A DNA stretch of 54,937 nt, filler included, from Streblomastix strix (taxonomy: Eukaryota): assembly GCA_008636045.1 (NCBI GenBank). It is 2 parts of 2 records of this genome, joined end to end, with 100 filler letters (N's around TTAATTAATTAA, not from the genome) between each part and the next. Parts side by side here need not be neighbours in the genome. Positions count along the whole stretch, not along the records: positions 1 to 27,422 come from SNRW01000143.1; 1 more part is not named here. One strand, 5' to 3'. A model generated the notes under the pieces. The model ran no database searches, was not told the DNA's origin, and saw only the letters and a program-made list of their open reading frames with translations. Every line of letters begins with the position of its first letter. Position 1 is the stretch's first letter. Positions 11,572 to 22,187 of this stretch are shown in pieces. Both the position numbers and the translations under genes were made by a program.

Positions 11572-14571
11572 ATGGCTGATGCAGACTTACACTCACTTGA
11601 TGCGCTCATAATTCACGTTGAGATTCTGTTCGGAAGTACACGTTAAAATACAATTGGATTAGTTGAATAAATTAAAAATATTAATAATTAAATTAATAAC
11701 ATAAATAATGCTCCTGTACCTGATGCATACACTAGACCAGAAACAAATGAAATATTTGATTCAAAAGCAGATAAATCGGATACATATACGAAAACTGAAA
11801 CCGATACGTTACTTGATGCAAAAGCAGATAAAACTGATACTTATACGAAAACCGAAACCGATACTGTACTCGATGATAAAGCTGATAAATCTGAATTAAT
11901 TGATTCATATTCCAAGATAGAAGATGATACAAATTTAGACGAAAAAGTTGAAAAAACGAATCTTGATGATTATGATGAATTGACGTCTGCTCAAACAATT
12001 ATAGGTCAAAAATAATTCTGTGTAATTAATATATCTAATTTATCGAAATATGGTAAAAACGATTCTTCTATTCCTCATGCTGGTGGAGGAGATATGTTAG
12101 TAAATTCATTAATAACTTAGCCATGATTATAGGAAGTACGAGATATTGCATCTGGTAAATCAAAAGGTTTCGTGTTTACAACCACATATGAGATGAAAAC
12201 TTGGATGTAAGATTAAGAAAATGTAGCAAAACTTGCTATTGGTGATAATCTATATATTATTGATAAAGAATTTAATAATTATTGTTGGGATGGAAATAAC
12301 CTTCGAATGTTAGAAACCGAACAATCTGATATAAGTAATGTTGTAACTACTTTAAGAACAGCAACTGGAAATGGAAATGCAATAATTTATATATCAGTAG
12401 AAGGAAATGTACTAACACCAGCAAAAAATAAAAATTTTGTTGATATAGATTATGATCAAAGTATTAGTGGATAAAAAACATTCAATACAACTATTCATTC
12501 AGTTGGAATAATGGTTTAAACATATGATAATTCAAGTGTTGTTTGCGCAGGAGGAGGAGTTAGATCAATTGCGGATATTTAAAATGCATCGTATTCTAAG
12601 ACAGAGGATGATGCTTTGTTGCTATTGAAAGCCGATAAATCAACAACATATATCAAGACAGAATATGATGCACTCTTATTATTGAAGGCTGATAAGACAC
12701 AACTGATTGATTCGTATACTAAAGGAGAAATAAATTACTTATTAAATAGTTATGCAGATACTGGAGTTTCCTATACGAAAGGTGAAGATGATGCTTTATT
12801 GTTATTGAAAGCTGATAAAACATAATTGATTGATTCATATAAAACAAAAACAAATGAATAGTTAAGTAAAAATGCTGAAACAACAGCGTTAAATGATTAT
12901 ATTACATTAGATACTTCATAAACAATTAATGCTAATAAAACATTTAAAAATATTTCAAGATTTTCAAGTACTATAGATGGAATGTCAACAATTACTGATG
13001 TATCATTTGTAAATTCAGGTGCAGATAATACTGTTGTATTACTTGGAGCTGGTTCTACTAAGTCAATATCTGAGTTTGGTGGAAGTATTGATGATTCGAA
13101 TTTTATGAAGAAAACAGGCTAAACTATATAAGTTATTAAAGGATATATAAGAAAAAATATGGAAGGTGTGGAGGATGAAATTTCTGAAGATGATGTAGAT
13201 TATATAATTCGAGGTGAAGTTGCAAATTAATATGTTACAAGTAATTCACCAGCAGTATAAAAAATACTAGGTATGAAAATTTTTACTGAAAACGTTATGG
13301 CAGTTGCATTCATTACACCTGACAGAACTAATTAATAAGTACTATTAAGGAATAGAACTTATAAACCATTATCTGAGTTCCGTAGTGGAAGCGTTGATGA
13401 TTCGAATTCCATGAAGAAATCAGGATAAGAAACATATCCAATCGAAGAAAATTTAATATGAAGCGGTAGTGAAATTTCATTAGAAAATCTTCAACCAATT
13501 TAATATGCTATCAAATAAGATGTACAATATGAGTTTGTCTAAAATACAGGATAAACACGAAAATTAATCACTGGAAAATTAGTTCGAACAGATATTAGTG
13601 AATCACTCGATAATATGGAATCAGGATAATTTCCAACAAAAAAATCTATAAATAATATACTTATTAAGAAAATAGGCTAATCTGAATAAGTTATTAAAGG
13701 AATTATACGAAAAGGAAAACTTAACTCTGAAATTGAAGAACCATCAGAAGAAGATGATGATTATTTAACTCTTAAAAATATACAAAATTAATATGTTTCA
13801 ATAGCTGGTACTTAACAAATCTTCGGAGTTAATTCATTTTAAAATAATTTTACTGCAGTTTCATTCGTCAAATCCTGTGCAACAGATTAATAAGTATTAT
13901 TATTAAATGGAATTACTCAGCTGCTATCAGAATTCAGTGGTAGAGGAGGTGATATGAGTGATTATGTTTAAAAAATAAGCGTTGATACATAAATTATTAA
14001 TGGAAACCTAAGAAAATGCGAAGATACTGATGAAGAATATGAAGATGAAGATTATGTAACAGAAGGTGAATTTTATTCTAATACGAATTAAATTATTATC
14101 AACTATTGCGTACGAAAAGAAGGATAAAATATATAAAGCGAAAAAGGAAGTTCATTATTCATTAATCTATTAGGAATGAAAGATGATAATTCAAAAAAAC
14201 TAACAGATTTCACTTACCCTACAGGGCGTGAAACAAATAGCGTTATTACATCAAAATTCTAAAAATTCTACCAAGTATTTACTACACTAGAAATGTTATC
14301 AACATTACTAGCTTCATAATCCAGTTTCATAAAAACAGGCAATCAAATCTATTTCATTCATTTAGTTGTCAAGCTAAATGATACGATATTATCATTTCAT
14401 AATCATGATATTTGTAGTTTAAATCCTCTACTATTATATACGCTATTATTTCCTAGGAACAGTGATTATTTAGCTATGTTTGTGACTGATGGATACGTAC
14501 ATTTTACTACATAAGCAACAGTACGGACTTAAAACGTTAATGTTCTAATTAATACATTTTGGGTAAGATGA
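11572..14571 (+). pseudogene. ~1000-codon phage-tail-fibre-like repeat protein (2 in-frame TGAs, at 12124 and 13459)
   Basis: One frame from ATG 11572 to TGA 14569-71. Tandem KADKxDTYTKxExDxLL repeats, Q(T/S)IxGxK(T/Q)F repeats and 3-4 modules of VLLxxxxxKxxSEF...DDSNxxKKxGQxxQxIxGxxR. Confidence 0.65.
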
Positions 14572-14609
14572 AGCAAAAAAGGCTAATCATATTATTATTG
14601 AACTAAGAA

Positions 14610-16217
14610 ATGAGTTTTGAAGTAGGCAGTGTTTACCTAGATGAAGCATTATTAGATGCAATACTATTTGAATTTTCAGATTTATATGATTATTTGTAAC
14701 ATCAAGAACCAGTTCTACCAGCATAACGAATACCAATAGGAGAATAAACCTTACAAAAATAGGTGAAAGATAATGATGATATTATCTTTAGTACGAACAA
14801 TGTATTCGTTCCTCCAGTATCAAATGTACCTACAAAATTGGATTTAAGTTCATAGCTAGAACGATCCAGTATCTTAACATCAAGTGTATCAGATCCATAA
14901 TTAATTATATACGGTGATCGTGTCACATTAACCGTATCATATGAAACTACTGGATTGTTTGCTAATGGATATTTATTCAAAAATTATCCTGAAGAAGCGA
15001 GATCAAAAGCTGGAGATAAAGCGATTGCATTAGTTGAGACAGATACAACGAATAAAAATAGTTTATTTTGTTGTATCGATTAGAATGGACCTTCTATCAT
15101 TAGTATTTCATAAATTCCATCAAAAACTGCACTCGTAATAAATGTATCTTATTACTAAAAATATGAAAAATCGATGAAAATAAATTTTGATGTAAATTAT
15201 GATGGACAAGTTGATATATTGTATACATGGCATATTATTAGCAAAGGAACATTTAAATCATATTCTCATGTGTATAAAACTTTGAAAAAGTAAACTGAAT
15301 TGATTGCTACTGGATTGTTCGCTAATAATAAATTTTATTATTTGAATAATGATACAAAATTAATGGATGAATTTGCAGTCAATAAAGCGGATAGAGCAGC
15401 TTTGTTCATTAAAGAAGGTCCATTTATTTTTAAATTCATTTTTGGAGCTAAATTTGGATAAATAATATAATAATAAGCTAATTCAGAAAATCAATAAACA
15501 GTTCATAGATTATTTTCGACTATTACTTAAAAACTTCTTCCACCAAATACGAAATATATTCCTATTCGAACTTAACAATTAGAATATACTGTTATGTGTT
15601 TGTTCAAAGATATCTATGATAAATCATTAGCAGTAGAAGCAGCTGTAAATAAAATATTGAATAAGTATGATTGTGAGATTCAAGGAACATATATACTCGA
15701 TAACTATAAGAATCCAACATCAAAAGAAGAACTAAACGCTATACCAACCTATCCATTAGTTCCAAAAGAACATGATTATCACATTGATGAAGTGATAATA
15801 AAATATAATACATAATTTGCATCATCATTTGAACCAACATATACAATAACTAACGTATTCAATTACATTCAACTATTTGCACCTTTTTATCAGGGTGATC
15901 ATGCTTATAATACGTTTTATATCGTTGATGATACGACTTGCAGAGTATATGTATTCAATCTATATTTCGAAACAAAAGGATAAGCAACAATTATGTAAGA
16001 GATTGGTAGAATTCTTGATGTGATATTACGACTTGATGGTAAAAATGTGGGATTTCCTGCACCTGTCTATAGAAATGCTGGTGGATATATTAATTGGTTA
16101 GGTATATGTTATTTCATATTCAATCAATAATATAAAATGTTGTATTGCTTTTGGCAAAATGTTCAAGAAGTTAATCCTGAATCAACAAATGATATATATA
16201 AATATTGTTCAAGTTGA
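14610..16217 (+). CDS. Hypothetical ~535-aa protein, possibly virion structural; frame open
   Basis: Uninterrupted frame in code TAA/TAG=Q (MSFEVGSVYLDEALL...YKYCSS*) that includes track ORF 15594-15815. It lies between the fibre and MCP genes. Confidence 0.6.
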
Positions 16218-16677
16218 ATGTACTATTTATGAGACATTGATTCGAAAATATGATGCTATTACCTTCGTTTTTGCAGTTTAAAATAATGGCGCCGGAATAT
16301 TCAGCAAGCCTAAAACATTAGTCTCAGTTGTAGGTAAAAGTGTCAGTTGGATAAATTGTAAATAGTCAAACCAATAATACCCATAACTATCGCACTTCAG
16401 TCATCTTTGGGACCAGAAGGAAGTATCATAGCGAAAGTAATTAGTGCTGGATCATCTTCAATTGATGCATTATGAGGTTTCAAACAAATAATAATCAAGA
16501 TAACTATTCAACTAAGATTTCAAAACATTCCGATATGATGATTACTTAAGATAAAAGTTCTAATTGATATAATTAGCAAACGAATATTACTTCTTGGAAA
16601 TGAATTTTAATGATTTAAAGTGAAACATCATTCGAATTAACTAACGTATAAATCAAATTATATTTGTTGAATTTAAC

Positions 16678-18399
16678 ATGAATCGCCAATTTATGAAGTC
16701 TTATATCCCAAAATCACAAGAAAATTTGTAGACTATTGAGACCTTATTAAAAACCTTCGCTATTCAACCATTATTGAATGATGGAGAGAATTATTTCTCA
16801 ATCAAAGAGATCAATCCAGAATCATAAATGTCATCAATATTTGATAAGGAGGTTACCATCAGTTTGTCCAATTCAGATCACGATGTAACGCAAATAAAAA
16901 ATTCATTTGTTACGCTTGAGTTTAATATATACATACTATTCGATAATAAATTTGATAAATTTGATGAAGCTTATAAAGATGGTGCCTACATATTCGTGAG
17001 CTTGAAGAATTCTGCTGAATTGATTAAATAATTCGTTCTAAATCATCGTGGAAAGACCATTGATGAATTCCTCCAAAACAATGCAAAAGCTGAATCGTTT
17101 ATTTATAATACTATCTTACCAAAATCTGAGAAAAATAATAAGAGATTTGTCCATTCTTATTATGAAAATGTGCGTAATGTTAACATATCCTGCAGTGGAA
17201 GATATCCTAACATCAAAAAAACTTCAGATGTACTTGTACCATAAAATTCATCTCCATATGTTATGCCAGTTGGATTTACAGTATCAATCCCTCTAGATGA
17301 TTTATTCATTTTCTCTGCATTTTCTGAATATCTAAATTCATTATTTAGTGATCTCAAAATTAAATTCAAAATCAATCCATGCACATTCGTATTCTGCTTA
17401 ATAGATCCAATAATATCTATAGCCAAATATTATATAATTAATAAAGATGAATTATTGAGTTCGGGCTAAGATAAGCTTTAGGATTTTGATCTATTTTTCG
17501 CAAACTGAAGTCTTACATTCCAATACACTAATATGTTCATATAAATTGAATGCACTGCTGATTTAGTTACTGAATAACATACAGAAGAGCTAACTCCTTC
17601 AGGGTTAAAGAATCACGTATGTCATATTAAACAAGTAGCTGTATTTGTTTGAAACTATATTATAGAAGTTATAACAGCAAATATGTATGGATATATAGCT
17701 TCAGAAACATGCCTTAATCGTATATGTTTATTTTATTAATGTCTCCCAGTTGTTATTCCTGCATAACGTATCGAATCATGGATATTTCCAAGTGCAGCTT
17801 TATCGGCTGGAATAAAAACTACTTAAAACATACCTCTTTCTCATGTTACAGATATGTGCTTATTATATCCAAAATATAATAGACGTTTTACTTGTTATGA
17901 AAATCCGTACAATTTTGAAATATTAATTAACGCAATGAGTAGAAATTTCCCTGATTTCACAATGAGTAATCTTAACGAATAATTCTTCAAAATGCAATTA
18001 TAAGCTAATAATCTTGATAATATATTCGAAGCAAGTGATGAACACGAAGATTCACTCACAAGTCAAAGATCTAGTAAAACTCAAAGATACTATGAAGTTA
18101 GTGATTATACATCATTCTTCATCACAATATAATGTGAACGTAATAGCAACGGTGCATTAACATCTGATGGATTAGATTCTACGAATTAGAATATTCGAAT
18201 TGAATTAAAAGGACATTCAATTTTCAGTGGAGAAGTAAATACTTATTATAATGTTGATACTAATGGAAAACATCCACCTCCTCCAATTCTATGCACTGTG
18301 TATGATATTTTCTGGCTATTTAGCCCTGGAGATGGGGGATCTTACTTATATGATACAACTCATTCATATGATTAGATTATTGAATAAGTTACTGCTTGA
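16678..18399 (+). pseudogene. Probable double-jelly-roll major capsid protein (in-frame TGAs at 17506 and 17650)
   Basis: A 573-codon single frame joining track ORFs 16828 and 17263, beta-rich. Segments such as IFVSLKNSAELIKQF, VSIPLDDLFIFSAFSEYLNSLFSDLKIKF and HPPPPILCTV resemble Trichomonas-type Maverick MCPs as I recall them. Size and context fit. Confidence 0.65.
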
Positions 18400-18428
18400 T
18401 ATCAATGGAACATTATTTTAATAATAAA

Positions 18429-18801
18429 ATGAGATTTGGTATGACTTCTGCTCTGAATGTGAAGCGCTTCGTATTAATGTTGGATGATTGTATATATGGT
18501 GATGGAAAGATTAAAGTATAGATTCCTTATGATTTTGATAATTCTAATAATGAACGAAAATATTATTCATACAATGCAAGATACCTAATACGCCAGATAT
18601 TATTTCTATTCATTCAACACTAGTGCAAAAAAATAATATTACAATAGTTTTGTAAGTTTTTGTAATGAAACTAGAACAATTGCTGAAATTTAATAAATGA
18701 ATCACAAACCAGATATGTTAATTTGGTTCAAGAATAATATGAATTAGAATGTATTTTAAACGTATATAAAATTTGTTGTTGAATTAATGCAGGAATATTG
18801 A
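18429..18801 (+). pseudogene. Small hypothetical element gene, frameshifted
   Basis: Starts MRFGMTSALNVKRFVLMLDDCIYGDGKIKVQIPYDF and ends ...FVVELMQEY* in another frame. Confidence 0.35.
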
Positions 18802-19176
18802 TTGCGATTATTTTTGTTATAAATAAATGGAGAAAAAGTGTTAGCTGAATAGTATAAACAATTATTATAAATCTAAGATTAAACTAAAGAGACCATTGAA
18901 CTTACTAAAAGAAATAGTAACTCACGCAATAAATTAAGCAAAAAATAATCACTAGATTAGTTGGATTAACTTATAGCTTTGTTGATCATATGGCATGGGA
19001 AAATGACAAAAATGAAAGATTAAGTCAAATGGAAAATTATGATAAAGAAGTTAATGATATTTTCAAAGAAGTTTAAGCATTATAAATTAAATTGTTCTTG
19101 CTGAATTATTTTTTGCAACAATGGAATAGTTATTCATTCACTTGAGAAACTAATCTAACTTTTATATAACTCATAA

Positions 19177-20070
19177 ATGACATAAGAAACCCCTTCAACT
19201 AGACAAATTGACTTGAACAACGAAAATTTAACAATTGGTTCTTGCTACGGATTTGAAATTATGGCAAGAGATAAAAACTACAGCATTAATGCAACAAAAT
19301 TAGTTCAATTGATTAATGAAAGAGAATTTACAACGAAGGAACTTCGAAATATAACACGTTCACCAACTTTCATTGAAAATAAATAATATCTAGAACAGAC
19401 TAATCTCTTCAATTTGAACGGAGCTCTTACTTACTTACTTCCGATTGTAATTTTGAATGACGTTAGAAGAACATACGTTTGTAAGTAGTTATTGAATATA
19501 ATTTGCTTAAAATCGTCAGTTAAGAGCTTTCACCATGTAACAACTATAATCGATAAAATAATAGAAATAGTTATTACTGAATGCAATGCTGATCCAAATA
19601 CTCCTATAGGTACACGTGTAAGTAATGTTACAAGTGAATTTATGAACTAACAATAAGATAAAATTGATTAATTAAGAGAATTAAATAATGAACTAAGAGA
19701 ATTGAATTGTGAATTAAATGATGATGTAAAATTATTAATTCCATGAGCTGTTCCGAAAGTCAAATAGAGAAGCTTTTGCTTAATAGTTGAATACGTTCAT
19801 TAATTTAGCGATTAAATAAAGATATAAATTAGAAGAAAATTGAAGAAATCTATCTGCAGAGGATTAATGGAATACTTTAAACATGACACATTATTATTTT
19901 TCAATAATCTACCAATAGCAACAATTAATGAAATAATTAAAGAAGAATTTTCTAACCGAAAAGGACCGAAAATAAAAGGCATAAAACTAGCATTTCCTGA
20001 AGACTAATTGGATGATATAATCGAACGAATTAAGGAGATTGTAATTGAAGTAAAGATATATGTACAGCTG
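19177..20070 (+). pseudogene. KilA-N domain protein with coiled coil (in-frame TGA at 19744); 3' end approximate
   Basis: GSCYGFEIMARDKNYSINATKLV...VRRTYVCKQLL matches the KilA-N signatures INATKL and (G)TYVH. Confidence 0.75.
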
Positions 20071-20093
20071 CATTTTATTTTTGTTAAATTGAA

Positions 20094-20450
20094 ATGTCTC
20101 GAATGTTATTTGATAGTAAGCTAATTAAGAACTATAAACCTGTAGATTGAATCTAAACATTGCCAAAACTAAAAATATTTAATAAAATTGATCTATAACC
20201 AATGACATTTGGTACAACTGATGAGTTCCTTTAATATTATGCAGCTAACTAAGAAACTATTGATAAGATGCCAACTATACGATTAAATAAATAATATAAA
20301 GTGGAAGGATATATCTTCACACGTTAGAATGAATAAATGGCGTTTAAATAATCCTAACGCAAATCATCTGAATATTATGAATTGATTAATATATTTTAAT
20401 TAATTAAAGAAATCAATGAAAAATAAAAATATATTTAATTAGCTTCTTTG
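20094..20450 (+). pseudogene. Small hypothetical element protein; 3' end approximate
   Basis: MSRMLFDSK...DEFLQYYAANQETIDKMPTIRLNKQYKVEGYIFTR, with one in-frame TGA. Preceded by the upstream motif. Confidence 0.45.
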
Positions 20451-20489
20451 AATAAAAATAGCAATCAATCTCTTATTAAGAAAATGTAT

Positions 20490-21277
20490 ACATTCATTGA
20501 ATCTAATAATTCTTACAATAGTTCCATCATTACTATATTATGCCAATAATGCTTCTCGTTTACCTAATTACATATACTCATTCAATAATATTTGCTTATC
20601 TAACGATAATGATGATTAATAAAAGAACAAATTGAATTTTTATCTATTGGATCTACCGAAAAACTATATATAGTATCAACGTTTGATTTAATGCTAGCTT
20701 CTAAACCAATTATATCTTGCAAACATAGGAAATAAGTGATTCATGGCTATCTATTTTTGAATAGTTTCTTATATAATAGATTGATCTTATTTTTGAATAC
20801 TGTCATAGCATCATCGAACAACTTAATTGAATGTGGAAACTTATTAGATAAATCTTTTGTTCCAATATGAGATAATATATCCTTCTTTGATTCTTCCTTC
20901 ATTTAACCTTCTAATTTATATTCATTTACTTCATCATAAGCCTTCATACAATCAATCAGTTCATCTAATGTTCCATTAACTTCTACATATGGTACTATTT
21001 TTGTTGGGAAAATTATTAAATTTTTCATTTTCTTATAAGTTATAACATTATTGCTATCAGTTACGTATTTGAATAGTGAATAACAATGATTAAGTAATTA
21101 ACTCAATTTGATTAGCTCTTTGAACGCATAATATGATTTACTGCTACTTCGTTAAACTATGAGTAGATTTATAGAATTGTATGGGAAATAATGCTCTTTA
21201 AGAATCATTGATTATACTTCATGTTCATTAGTTTTTTGTTTACTAAGTAATTGATTTACTTAACTAGTTAAAGACAT
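20490..21277 (-). pseudogene. A32/FtsK-HerA-like genome-packaging ATPase, degenerate; 3' end approximate
   Basis: Eroded Walker A INLLIVQRSSSKS, Walker B SIKLFDDA, and KLFKNRQP*ITYFLCLQD (Arg and Gln motifs) followed by IKSNVD. Confidence 0.8.
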
Positions 21278-21322
21278 TTGCTTGTTATTAATTATTTTAT
21301 TCGCTTATGTTTTTGTTAATGA

Positions 21323-22152
21323 ATGTTTTTATTAAACATAATTATCGATTTTTACCTAAATTCAAAACATTGAGATAGACGCATTTGCATAACATCAAAA
21401 AAACAATGAATAACTCAGATATTTTTCAAATGCAACAGGATTTCCTTCTACACAAAATGGAGGATAAATTCTTGAAATTTTAATTGGATTCATTAACGAA
21501 GATGTTAAGAGAATTAAAGAACTTGAATTATTAACTTCAGCTCAAACATATATTGCTCGTCATTCTAATAGAGGGTTTCGTGTTGAAGCTGAAGATCTAG
21601 ATAATATTGTTGATACACATGATAATACTATAATATATATGGAAGACAAGGAAATATTTATGCAGTTGATGGATTTTATATAAAATAAAGTTTTGGAACC
21701 AAAAATGAAAAAGATGTGAAAAAGCTTAGAAACAGAGATTTTGACAAATCATTATACTGACAATGTTTTTGAAAATAGGTCAGCAAACAAAGGAAAGAAA
21801 GTATAAATTAAAAAAAAGTAAATTAATTCCATATTAAGTGTATACAACACAGAAACATGGTAATATTGATTTATAAAATAATTCAATTGCAAAAATTTAT
21901 GAAGAATCGAATTGTTAGAAATTTAGAGCATATGTTAGAATTAAATTAATCAAAAGATTAGGATTAAAAATAAATACATATATAGAAGCAAATAACGCAA
22001 AATAATAATCAGATATTAAGGTTACATAACGATTATATAATATTAAGAGAGCTGGCTATCGATTCGCAGCAGCTATCTTTAATATACTTGCATAAGAAAT
22101 TAATTAGATTGTAGCAACTGAATTTTAGAGATTAAGTGTTGGAAATCAATGA
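21323..22152 (+). pseudogene. Hypothetical element protein, frameshifted
   Basis: Coding-like stretches in code TAA/TAG=Q (LTSAQTYIARHSNRGFRVEAEDLDN; GNIYAVDGF), ending ...RLSVGNQ*. Confidence 0.4.
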
Positions 22153-22187
22153 TGATGATAACGACATATTATTTTTTGTTTAACAAA

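Noticed and set aside
11720..11900. Regularly spaced ~57-nt repeats resembling a CRISPR array
   Set aside because: They are degenerate, codon-phased repeats encoding KADK...TYTK units. There are no unique spacers and no cas genes.
12124..20743. In-frame TGAs as evidence that TGA is a sense codon in the virus
   Set aside because: They replace different expected residues (Arg, Trp and others), co-occur with frameshifts and eroded catalytic motifs, and TGA terminates the genes. Decay explains them better.
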